Positions 40,587 through 48,799 of a stretch of DNA of 64,000 nucleotides are shown one piece after another (position 1 is the stretch's first letter; the number at the start of each line of letters is the position of its first letter). The stretch comes from Vulcanimicrobiota bacterium. Its GTDB lineage: Bacteria; Vulcanimicrobiota; Vulcanimicrobiia; Vulcanimicrobiales; Vulcanimicrobiaceae. Where the stretch lies: NCBI GenBank assembly GCA_963714015.1, contig OY970223.1, positions 608,001 to 672,000 of the forward strand. The letters are read 5' to 3'. The notes under the pieces were generated by a model. The model was not told the DNA's origin, made no database searches, and saw only the letters and a list, made by a program, of their open reading frames with translations. Both the position numbers and the translations under genes were made by a program.

Positions 40587-41669
40587 GTGGCGCACCTGAG
40601 TGTAACCCAGGCGCTGGCCGGCTTTTTCGCCGCCATCGGCTTGTACAATACGCTGATTTACTTCGTTACGAGCGATCGGGCGTTTCTTTGGTATGCGGTC
40701 CTGATGGATACGATCGCCGGCGTGCAGTTCGTCTTCGCACCGCATTTGATAGGCGTCGCTCCGGGCGAAGCGCTGCTGATCTACCGCTCCGTCATCTTTG
40801 CGCTCTTCTTCAGCGCCGAAGTGATCTTCGCATGGACGTTTTTGCGGCTGGCTACGCGCTTTCCGGCGTACGCCAAAGCCGTCGCTGCACTGCTCGCGGT
40901 GAACGTTGCCGCCGTTGGGCTCGACCGGATCTTCGGGCCGTCGGCATTACATCGCACGATCGATCACGCACTTTTCCTCAGCTTGATTGCAACGTGCGCG
41001 GCGGCCGCCTGGAAGGGAGCCGCGGCCGGACAAGAAGACGCGCGGTACTATCTGACGGCGTACGGCGGACTATTTTTAACCGCCTTCGCCGGTGCGGCGG
41101 GCGAGCTCGCCGGTCTCGAGCGCTTGTCCGTATATTTCTTTCAAGCCGGCGCGCTGTGGCAAGCCGGTCTGCTGACGATTGCGCTCGGCAGCCGCTATTT
41201 CAAATTGGATCCCCTTACAGGCGTGAAGAGCCGCAGAGCATTCGACGAAGGCTTGATTCGCGCGTATCGCTCGTCGTTCAAGGGAAAGTCGGGGCTTGCC
41301 GTGATCGTCGTTGCGATTCACGGGCTCAAAGATTACGAAGCGCGCCAAGGACGCATGGCGGGCGATGCGATGCTGCGCCGCGTTGCGGGCATATGCGCCA
41401 CCTGCTGCCGCGATCGCGCCGACGTCTTCGCGCGCTACGGCGACGAAGCGTTTGCGGCAATCGTGCCGCGTGTCAGCAAAACCGAGGCCGAGGTCATCGC
41501 GCAGAAAATGCGCGAGACGGTTGAAGAGACGTGCCGGATAACGATCGGTGTCGGCGTCGGATCTATCGACGAAGCCAATTCCGCCAAGGGCATCATTCAA
41601 CGCGCCGCCCGCCGCAGCGCGCGGGATGCAATCGGCCGCGCAGACTTTCCCGAAACAGCCGCTCTTTAA
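40587..41669 (+). CDS. Multi-TM (7TM-DISM-like) protein with a degenerate GGDEF domain
   Basis: About six to seven TM helices; LDPLTG; ARYGDEAF in place of GG(D/E)EF. Confidence 0.8.
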   Translation: MAHLSVTQALAGFFAAIGLYNTLIYFVTSDRAFLWYAVLMDTIAGVQFVFAPHLIGVAPGEALLIYRSVIFALFFSAEVIFAWTFLRLATRFPAYAKAVAALLAVNVAAVGLDRIFGPSALHRTIDHALFLSLIATCAAAAWKGAAAGQEDARYYLTAYGGLFLTAFAGAAGELAGLERLSVYFFQAGALWQAGLLTIALGSRYFKLDPLTGVKSRRAFDEGLIRAYRSSFKGKSGLAVIVVAIHGLKDYEARQGRMAGDAMLRRVAGICATCCRDRADVFARYGDEAFAAIVPRVSKTEAEVIAQKMRETVEETCRITIGVGVGSIDEANSAKGIIQRAARRSARDAIGRADFPETAAL

Positions 41670-41674
41670 CGCCG

Positions 41675-41956
41675 CTAATATGCCGGAGGCGAGTACACGT
41701 TGAACGTGACCGCCGGCGCAGACCCGCGATTGACGAATCGGTGCGCGACGCCTTTTCCGACGATTGCGGAATCACCCGCGCGCATGCCGAATGTGCGTTC
41801 GCCAATCTCCGCTTCCAGCGTCCCTTCGGCGAGGTAGAGCACTTGCTCGCTTTGCGCGTGCTCGTTTTCTTTGCGCGGGCCACTCTCTTCGCCGGGCTGC
41901 AGCACCATACGGGCAGTCTGCGTCGCTTGGCTCGTCTCGATTACGGTGAATTCCAC
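41675..41956 (-). CDS. Cupin domain protein
   Basis: ENEHAQSEQVLYLAEG and GDSAIVGKGVAHRF. Confidence 0.88.
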   Translation of the reverse strand: MEFTVIETSQATQTARMVLQPGEESGPRKENEHAQSEQVLYLAEGTLEAEIGERTFGMRAGDSAIVGKGVAHRFVNRGSAPAVTFNVYSPPAY

Positions 41957-43146
41957 TATCGCGTTCTTCCCTTCCGCAGCATCCGGTAGACTTCACGGCT
42001 CTTCGTTTTGCTTCCAATTTCGATGGAGAGTCCGAGGCCTTCCGCGCAATCGACGAGCGGCGCGAAGTCGGGAACTTCGAGCTGCGGCATGGCTTCGATA
42101 GTAAGCCTCTGCAGCGCCCGCGCGCTCAAGATCGGCGTCAAATCACGTACCAGCCGAAGATCGCGCAGCGTTAGCGTATGAAGGCCGGAGTTGGAAGAGA
42201 AATCCGGCAAACGATCGATACGCACGTTCTGCAGCTCGAGGCGCTCCAAGGCCGGCAAACTTGCGATCTGCGAAAGATCGTAGATGCCGTGACGCAGCGC
42301 CAAAGTGCGCAAACGGCCTTTGAATCCGAGGGATGCCGGCGAGATGGGCGGGGTGTTGGTGAGCCGCAGATCTTCCAGTTGGGTGAAGCCGTACAGCTCT
42401 TGAACCGGCCACGACGTTCCGCGCAGCTCCAGAAAACGCAGCGACGCCAGTGCAGTGAGCGGCTCCAACGACATTCCACTCTCTACGGCAGCTCGAAAGC
42501 TCGCGAGCCGGTGAAGCTTGCGAAGTTCCGCCGCGTTTCGCACCAGCGGCGTATCGAGCATCAGCGCCGATATTGCGGAGAACCGCCCCAGCAGCGCGGC
42601 GTCGAAGCCGCCGGTCCACGTACCGTGAATTCGCAGCTCTACGTTCGAATGCGAGCGCAAATACGCTGCAAGCCGTTCGTAGTCCGCAGCGGGCAAATCC
42701 CGGCTGAATTGGGCGCGCCCGCCTGCATCGAGCAACGCCGGCGAAGCTAAGTCGAAATCCGGCTTGAGTTCGTAAACGGCAAGCGGCGTCTCAGGCGCGA
42801 TTCCGGCTATGGCTTGCAGCAGTTCTTCTTCCAATTGATCCGGAGTCGCGAATGCGGGCGACGAAAGCGCCGGTGCGGACCACGTTTCGGCCTCGAATGC
42901 GAGCGACGTTGCGAGGATCGGCCAACGTTGTTCTTCCAGCCCGGCGCCGCCGAAGAAACGCGCGAGCACTGCCGACTGCGGTCGCAATTTCCGCAGCATG
43001 TCGGGCGTCACCGGATCGTCTCGCCGTACTGCAAAGAAATAGCCGAACAATCGCGAGCGTTCTGCGCGCGCGATCAATCCGATCGTATCGCTGCTGCTCG
43101 GCAACGGAATCCGAAACCAGTCGCCCGCTTTGTATCGCCGCTTCAC
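41956..43146 (-). CDS. Imm26-like N-terminal domain fused to leucine-rich repeats
   Basis: YKAGDWFRIPL...GLIAR...LFGYFF...RWPIL resembles Imm26; C-terminal LxxLxLxx repeats (LRFLELRG, LEDLRLTN, LERLELQN, LHTLTLRD). Confidence 0.65.
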   Translation of the reverse strand: MKRRYKAGDWFRIPLPSSSDTIGLIARAERSRLFGYFFAVRRDDPVTPDMLRKLRPQSAVLARFFGGAGLEEQRWPILATSLAFEAETWSAPALSSPAFATPDQLEEELLQAIAGIAPETPLAVYELKPDFDLASPALLDAGGRAQFSRDLPAADYERLAAYLRSHSNVELRIHGTWTGGFDAALLGRFSAISALMLDTPLVRNAAELRKLHRLASFRAAVESGMSLEPLTALASLRFLELRGTSWPVQELYGFTQLEDLRLTNTPPISPASLGFKGRLRTLALRHGIYDLSQIASLPALERLELQNVRIDRLPDFSSNSGLHTLTLRDLRLVRDLTPILSARALQRLTIEAMPQLEVPDFAPLVDCAEGLGLSIEIGSKTKSREVYRMLRKGRTR

Positions 43147-43181
43147 GCCGCGCCGGAGTTCGAGCGCGCTCCTCGAAACAC

Positions 43182-43808
43182 ATGGAAACTTTGAGTTCGT
43201 TTCGCACCGGATCCGGCAGACGCAGCGGCCAGCGTTTCGACGCAGAGCACGGCGTCGTGACCGAAGCCCTGATCTTCTTGGGGGAACTCGACCCCGAAGC
43301 GATGGGTGAGGCGCTCGAGGATGCAACGCATTACGAACCGACACCGGTAGCGCAGTGCAACGCCATGCTCGACGCGGTGCCGACGCCGCTCGAAACGTTC
43401 AGCTTCGTCGACGTCGGCGCGGGCATGGGGCGTATCGTGCTGCTCGCCTCTCGACGTCCGTTCAAGCAGATTACCGGCGTCGAATTCTCGCCCGCGCTCT
43501 GTGAGGTGGCGCAAGACAACGTCGTGCGCTGGCGCCGGGGCGGAAGCGGCGTGGCATGCAAAGATCTGCGAATCGTGTGTCGCGATGCGTTGGACTTTCG
43601 CTTTCCGCCGGGCGACCTCGCCGTATATCTTTATAATCCGTTCGGAGCTGCGTCCGTTCAACGGCTTGCGGACACCATGGCAGGGCGTAACGACGGCGCT
43701 TGCTATGTGCTCTACCACACGCCGGTTCACCGAGCAATCTTCGATGCAGACGCGCATTTCAAGCGGGTCGCCGAGCTGCCGTTCGGTGTCGTTTATCGAA
43801 AAGTTTAA
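43182..43808 (+). CDS. Class I SAM-dependent methyltransferase
   Basis: FVDVGAGMGR, GVEFS, DAL, YLYNPF. Confidence 0.88.
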   Translation: METLSSFRTGSGRRSGQRFDAEHGVVTEALIFLGELDPEAMGEALEDATHYEPTPVAQCNAMLDAVPTPLETFSFVDVGAGMGRIVLLASRRPFKQITGVEFSPALCEVAQDNVVRWRRGGSGVACKDLRIVCRDALDFRFPPGDLAVYLYNPFGAASVQRLADTMAGRNDGACYVLYHTPVHRAIFDADAHFKRVAELPFGVVYRKV

Positions 43809-44938
43809 GCGTTGCCCAGCATTCCGCGATCTTTCTGCGCGTAGATGTTGAGCAGAATGCCGATCGCAATAAAGTTCGTGATGATTGCCGAGCCGCCGTA
43901 AGACATGAACGGCAAGGGGATGCCGGTGATAGGCATGATCCCGATCGTCATACCGACGTTCACGACGACGTGGAACGCGAACATACCGACGATGCCCGCG
44001 GCCAGCAGAAAACCGAAACGGTCGCGCGCCGCGATCATCGTTTGGATGCCGCCGAACAGCAGGACCAGATAGCCGCAGATGAGCGCGATCGCGCCGAGAA
44101 AGCCGAGTTCCTCGGCGACGACCGTGAAGATGAAGTCGCGCGAATGTTCCGGTACGAAGTTCAGCTGCGTCTGCGTGCCGTGGTGCAAGCCGCGCCCGAA
44201 CCACTCGCCGCTGCCCACAGCGATCTTCGACTGATCGAGATTGTAGCCGGCGCCTTGCGGATCGGCCTTCGGATTGATGAAAACGAGCAGCCGGGATTTC
44301 TGAAACGGCTTCAAGATGAAGTTCGTTCCGACGGTAAAGGCCGCCGTCCCAATTACCCCGACCGCGTAGAGAAAGAAATACTGAACCTTCTCCAGGCCGA
44401 AAAACAGCTGAGTACTTAGAATCGCCAGAAAAACCAGCGTCGTTCCCAAGTCCGGCTGCTTGACGACCAGCAGCGCCGGAATACCGACGGTGAGGAGCGG
44501 CCGGAGCAGGTCTTCAATGCGCTGAAACGGCCAGCGGCACAATCCGTACGCGATGGAAATTGCCAGAATGAGTTTCGCCGGCTCCGACGGTTGAAACGTT
44601 CCGAGCGGTCCGAGCGATATCCAGCGCTGCGCACCGAGCGCGTTGTGGCCGGCCTTTAAGACGAACGCCAGCAGCAACAGGTTGGCGATGTACAGACCGG
44701 GCGCCCAGCGCTCGAAATTGCGATAGTCGATCCGCGAGAACACGTACATCGTTCCGACGCCGACCAGCAGATAAAAGATCTGCTTCTTGTATTCGGACGC
44801 CGCATCCGCCGAATGTAAATCCGCCGATTGAATCGCGATCACACCGAAAAACGAAATGACGATCGCCGCCGCAATCAAAAACCAGTTGACGCTGCGAAGA
44901 TACCGGCGCGTAGCGATCGGGAGCGCGATAGTGGCCAT
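43805..44938 (-). CDS. rodA: Rod shape-determining protein RodA (SEDS family)
   Basis: GAQRWI, FQPSE, QPDLGT, DFIFTVVAEELG, GIPLPFMSYGGS. Confidence 0.95.
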   Translation of the reverse strand: MATIALPIATRRYLRSVNWFLIAAAIVISFFGVIAIQSADLHSADAASEYKKQIFYLLVGVGTMYVFSRIDYRNFERWAPGLYIANLLLLAFVLKAGHNALGAQRWISLGPLGTFQPSEPAKLILAISIAYGLCRWPFQRIEDLLRPLLTVGIPALLVVKQPDLGTTLVFLAILSTQLFFGLEKVQYFFLYAVGVIGTAAFTVGTNFILKPFQKSRLLVFINPKADPQGAGYNLDQSKIAVGSGEWFGRGLHHGTQTQLNFVPEHSRDFIFTVVAEELGFLGAIALICGYLVLLFGGIQTMIAARDRFGFLLAAGIVGMFAFHVVVNVGMTIGIMPITGIPLPFMSYGGSAIITNFIAIGILLNIYAQKDRGMLGNA

Positions 44939-45148
44939 CTAGCGGGGTTATCGGCGGTTTTGCGGACTTAGCCCTCTCAAGCGGCCGAGCCGGCTCCTAT
45001 TGGCGGGACTAGGGAAGAAGCCTCGGCACCGTGGGCGCCGGAAAGACGTGTTTCGAACCGCGGAAATGAGAAAAGTCGGGAAAAATATTCATCATTTCTC
45101 GATTGAAGGATCCAGGATCTCTCCGGGCTCCGACGCTACTCCTCCGGG

Positions 45149-45625
45149 GTGGACCGGTCGGAACCTCGCGCCAATAAAAGAAGCGACGTCGCGGCAAAAC
45201 GGGCCTTTTGCGGGTGGCTCGTCGAGCAAGGATACAGCGATGTCGCCGTCGCGGCGTCCCCAGTTGACGTCATCGCGCGAAAGGACGGGCAGGCGTGGCT
45301 CTTCGAGGTAAAGTTTACGCAGGCTGAAAGCACGTGCTTCGGCGCGGCCACACTTACGGAGTGGGTAGCCGCCGCCAAGGATGCGGAGCACTTCCGATTT
45401 GTCGTCGCTTATGAGCGGTCGGGGAAGTGGATCTTCGACCTCTACACTCCCGAGCAATTCATGGCGTTCAGTTCGGTGCCGCCCTTCAAAGTGTATTTCA
45501 GCGTTCCGCTGGATGGGCTTGCCGCCCGTCAGCGCTCGACGTCATCGAGACGGATCTATTTGACGAAGGCGCGGCTTCGGCTGCTGACGACTCAATTCGA
45601 AGAGCTGCGAAAACTCGAAGACTAA
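45149..45625 (+). CDS. Putative PD-(D/E)XK nuclease-fold protein (DUF3883-like)
   Basis: WLVEQGY...PVDVIARKDGQAWLFEVK; opposite strand to flanking minE and rodA. Confidence 0.6.
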   Translation: MDRSEPRANKRSDVAAKRAFCGWLVEQGYSDVAVAASPVDVIARKDGQAWLFEVKFTQAESTCFGAATLTEWVAAAKDAEHFRFVVAYERSGKWIFDLYTPEQFMAFSSVPPFKVYFSVPLDGLAARQRSTSSRRIYLTKARLRLLTTQFEELRKLED

Positions 45626-46095
45626 GTAGCGGGCGCGGGTGACGTCGCTGCCTGCGATGCGCCGCCGCCTTGCGTATTCTTACGGCGCTTGCGGCGCGGT
45701 CGCGCCGTCGGTGCAGCTTCGGGCGCATCGGCAATCGCCTGCGGCGCTTGGGGCGCATCGGTTGCGGCGGCGACTGAGGTCTCGGCGCCGTTCGCAGTGT
45801 GACCGTTCGCTGTGTGGCCGTTGGTACTGCCGCCGTCGCCGTTGCGATTGACGCCGGTGATTGGGATGTTGGCCAGCATCGCAAGCGCTTTGTCTTGGTG
45901 CTCGAAGTGCACGTCGATCTTCTCGCGGTCGACCTCCACGTAGCGCGAGATAACGTCGACCAGATCGCGTTTCATCGACTCGATCATCTCAGGCGCGAGC
46001 GAAAGATGGTCGGACATCAGCACCAGACGCAGGCGTTCTTTTGCGGTGGCGCCCGAGCTTTGGCGGCCGAAGAGGCGATTGAAGAACTCGATCAT
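45622..46095 (-). CDS. minE: Cell division topological specificity factor MinE with a low-complexity tail
   Basis: MIEFFNRLFG, AKERLRLVL, LVDVISRYVEVD, LANIPI. Confidence 0.95.
   Translation of the reverse strand: MIEFFNRLFGRQSSGATAKERLRLVLMSDHLSLAPEMIESMKRDLVDVISRYVEVDREKIDVHFEHQDKALAMLANIPITGVNRNGDGGSTNGHTANGHTANGAETSVAAATDAPQAPQAIADAPEAAPTARPRRKRRKNTQGGGASQAATSPAPAT
45788..45822. repeat. Imperfect 15-bp tandem repeat encoding NGHTA units in the MinE tail
   Basis: ccgttcgcagtgtga ccgttcgctgtgtgg ccgtt. Confidence 0.6.
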
Positions 46096-46098
46096 CGT

Positions 46099-46953
46099 TT
46101 AGTGCTTGCCTCCGAAGAACGCGCCCATGCGATCCAGGAAGGACGCCTTGTACTCGACGGTCGGTGCGGGCACGTCTTCGCCCGCGATGCGCGCGGCGAT
46201 CGCGTGATAGGCGCTGGCGGTCTGGGAATCGTTGCGAAGCGCGAGCGGCTCGCCTTTGTTGGTCGAAACGATGACCGCGGGTTCGTCCGCGATGACGCCG
46301 AGCAGCGGAAGGCGCAGAATCGCATTGACGTCGTCGACGGAGAGCATCTTGCCTTTCTTCACCAGTTGCGGACGCACGCGGTTGATGACGAGCTGCGGTG
46401 CGAAGCGATTGCCGAGCAAGCCCACCACGCGATCGACGTCGCGGACCGCGGAAACCTCAGGAGTGCAGACGACGATTGCTTCCAGCGCGCCGGCGACTGC
46501 GTTTTGAAAGCCCTTCTCGATACCCGCGGGACAGTCGATCAGCACGTACTCGAACCGTTCGCGCAGCGTCTGCACGAGCTGGATCATCTTTTCGGTGTCG
46601 ACTTCGTCTTTTTCGCGCGCTTGGGCTGCCGCCAGCAAGTAGAGCGTCGAGGAGTTCTTGTCGCGCACGAGCGCGTCGTCGAGCGTGACTTTCTCTTCGA
46701 GCACGTCGAGCACGTGGTGTTTGACCCGGCTCTCCAAGCCGAGCACGATGTCGAGATTGCGCAGCCCTACGTCTGCATCGATCAGCGCGACCGAAGCGCC
46801 GCGGCGGGCAAGCGCGGTCCCCAAATTCGCAGTCGTCGTCGTTTTACCGACGCCGCCCTTGCCGGACGTGATCACGATCGCGCGTCCGAGTTTCGCCGGA
46901 ACGCCGGCGGCTTGCATCTGCGGATCTGCGGAGTTTTGGCTGAGAACGTGCAT
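46099..46953 (-). CDS. minD: Septum site-determining ATPase MinD (copy 2)
   Basis: SGKGGVGKTT, DADVGLRNLD, DCPAGIE, TPEVSAVRD, C-terminal amphipathic FLDRMGAFF. Confidence 0.93.
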   Translation of the reverse strand: MHVLSQNSADPQMQAAGVPAKLGRAIVITSGKGGVGKTTTTANLGTALARRGASVALIDADVGLRNLDIVLGLESRVKHHVLDVLEEKVTLDDALVRDKNSSTLYLLAAAQAREKDEVDTEKMIQLVQTLRERFEYVLIDCPAGIEKGFQNAVAGALEAIVVCTPEVSAVRDVDRVVGLLGNRFAPQLVINRVRPQLVKKGKMLSVDDVNAILRLPLLGVIADEPAVIVSTNKGEPLALRNDSQTASAYHAIAARIAGEDVPAPTVEYKASFLDRMGAFFGGKH

Positions 46954-46959
46954 GAGGCA

Positions 46960-47751
46960 CTAACCTGCTTTCAGTGCGCCGAAGAGACGCCCGAGGAAAC
47001 CTGGGGAATCGAGGTTGGTGAACGGCACGAGCTCACCTTGGAGGCGGCGCGCGATTTTATCGTAGATGACACGCAGGCGGTTACTTTCGTCCAACACGAT
47101 CGGTTCGCCGCGATTCGTCGTGTCGATGACCTCTTCGTCGTCGGGCACGATCCCGAGCAACTCGGCGGAGAGTATCTCACAGACGTCTTCCACCGAGAGC
47201 ATGTCGCCGGTGCGCACCATCTCGGGACGGATGCGATTGACGATCAGCCGAATCGGCAGTCCGCGCTCGGAGACTTTGCCGATCACCCGGTCCGCGTCGC
47301 GGATCGCGCTGACCTCGGGCGTGGTAACGACGACAGCTTCGGCAGCGCCCGCGACTGCGTTGCGAAAGCCGCCTTCGATCCCCGCCGGGCAGTCGATCAA
47401 AACGTAATCGGCCAACGCCGCCAGATCGTCAACGACCTTGGCCATCTGCTCTTCGGTAACCGCGTCCTTGTCACGCGTCTGCGCCGCCGGAAGAATGGAA
47501 AGCGAATCGAAGCGCTTGTCCTTGATCAGCGCTTGGCGAACCTGACAGCGCCCTTCCACCACTTCGACCAAATCGAAGACGATGCGCTTTTCGAGTCCCA
47601 GGACGAGATCGAGGTTGCGCAGGCCGATGTCGGCGTCAACCAGGATGACGCGTTCCCCGCGCTTGGCCAGAGCCGCGCCGACGTTGGCGGTCGTCGTGGT
47701 TTTGCCGACGCCCCCTTTTCCCGATGTAAAGACGATCTTGCGAGCACTCAC
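46960..47751 (-). CDS. minD: Septum site-determining ATPase MinD (copy 1)
   Basis: SGKGGVGKTT, DADIGLRNLD, DCPAGIE, TPEVSAIRDADR, C-terminal amphipathic FLGRLFGAL. Confidence 0.95.
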   Translation of the reverse strand: MSARKIVFTSGKGGVGKTTTTANVGAALAKRGERVILVDADIGLRNLDLVLGLEKRIVFDLVEVVEGRCQVRQALIKDKRFDSLSILPAAQTRDKDAVTEEQMAKVVDDLAALADYVLIDCPAGIEGGFRNAVAGAAEAVVVTTPEVSAIRDADRVIGKVSERGLPIRLIVNRIRPEMVRTGDMLSVEDVCEILSAELLGIVPDDEEVIDTTNRGEPIVLDESNRLRVIYDKIARRLQGELVPFTNLDSPGFLGRLFGALKAG

Positions 47752-48608
47752 GCGGGCGCGTTCCCCCTTGGAAAGATCACGATGCGATCATCTTGCACCC
47801 GCGCCGTCTCCCCAGTCCGCGCCGTCCGAGCGTGATTGCCGGGTTCGGCGGCGATGAACGTCGCGATGCGAAGTTGTGTAGGTGCAAGTTCGATAGCGTG
47901 GACGCAAGCTTGCGCATCGCCTTGCGCTCCGGCGTGAGCGACACCACGAAGGGCCCCGAAGACGACGATATCGCCGCTTGCCACCAGCTCCGCTCCCGGA
48001 TTTACGTCACCGATCACGACGATGTTCCCGACGTTGTGCAGCGACTGCCCGCCACGCAGCGTGCCGGTGTGGTAGAGCGTTACGACCGCGGGCGGCACTT
48101 CAGCCGATGCCGGAGGCGGCTTTTGTTGAGCCGCTTCCCGAGCGGCCGGATCGCTGAAGATAACACGCCGGACGCTTGCCTCACCGCTTTTCCGTCTGGA
48201 CGCAATGTCTGCGCGCGCGCCGGCAAAGTCGGCGACCAGCGAGCGCGCCGCGGCCGAAAGCTGAACCTCGCGTTTCGGACGCAGCGCACGCCGCCGCGCA
48301 AGCTCCTCGCCGCCGTCGTCGAGCTGACCGCCGGCAAAACGCAACCCGTTCGCCTCCGCGAGCGGTTCCAAATGCGGACCGCCGCTGATGGCCTCGAGTC
48401 CGATGCCGTGCTGGGTCAGAAGCGCCGTCAGCGCCGCGAGCTGCTCCTCGGATAGGGACGAGCCCCCCAGAGCAGCGGTAGCGGCAGCACCGGTATAAAA
48501 ACCGGGCCGCTCCGCGAGCTTGCCTTTCAGCTCGGCGAGGGCGTCGTCGAATTCGCTGCCTCCCAGAGCGAGTTCGAGACCCATCCCCTTGCCGCGCAAA
48601 ACCGCCAT
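47748..48608 (-). CDS. minC: Septum site-determining protein MinC
   Basis: GTLRGGQ, GDVNPGAELVASGDIVVFGALRGVAHAG, PTQLRIA. Confidence 0.92.
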   Translation of the reverse strand: MAVLRGKGMGLELALGGSEFDDALAELKGKLAERPGFYTGAAATAALGGSSLSEEQLAALTALLTQHGIGLEAISGGPHLEPLAEANGLRFAGGQLDDGGEELARRRALRPKREVQLSAAARSLVADFAGARADIASRRKSGEASVRRVIFSDPAAREAAQQKPPPASAEVPPAVVTLYHTGTLRGGQSLHNVGNIVVIGDVNPGAELVASGDIVVFGALRGVAHAGAQGDAQACVHAIELAPTQLRIATFIAAEPGNHARTARTGETARVQDDRIVIFPRGNAPA

Positions 48609-48678
48609 CTGGCGGGCGGTTCGCACGGCCGGTAACGTGCCCTTCGAACTCCACAGTCGCCTCACAAGTTCCTGTGGT

Positions 48679-48687
48679 TTATCCACA
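48679..48687 (+). promoter_or_regulatory. Consensus DnaA box in the minC / M48 peptidase divergent intergenic region
   Basis: TTATCCACA is an exact consensus match; a degenerate inverted box (TGTGGTTTA, 48673-48681) overlaps it. Confidence 0.6.
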
Positions 48688-48799
48688 GAACGTACACATG
48701 AGCGAACCGCGGCCGGACGCGGTAACATAGAGACAGGGGGACGCGTTGTAAATGTGACCCCCGGAGGCCTGACCCCTGTGGCAGGCAGAGGTATTTGAC

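Noticed and set aside
48609..48799. Replication origin
   Set aside because: Only one exact DnaA box, no AT-rich unwinding element, and no dnaA/dnaN/gyrB nearby.
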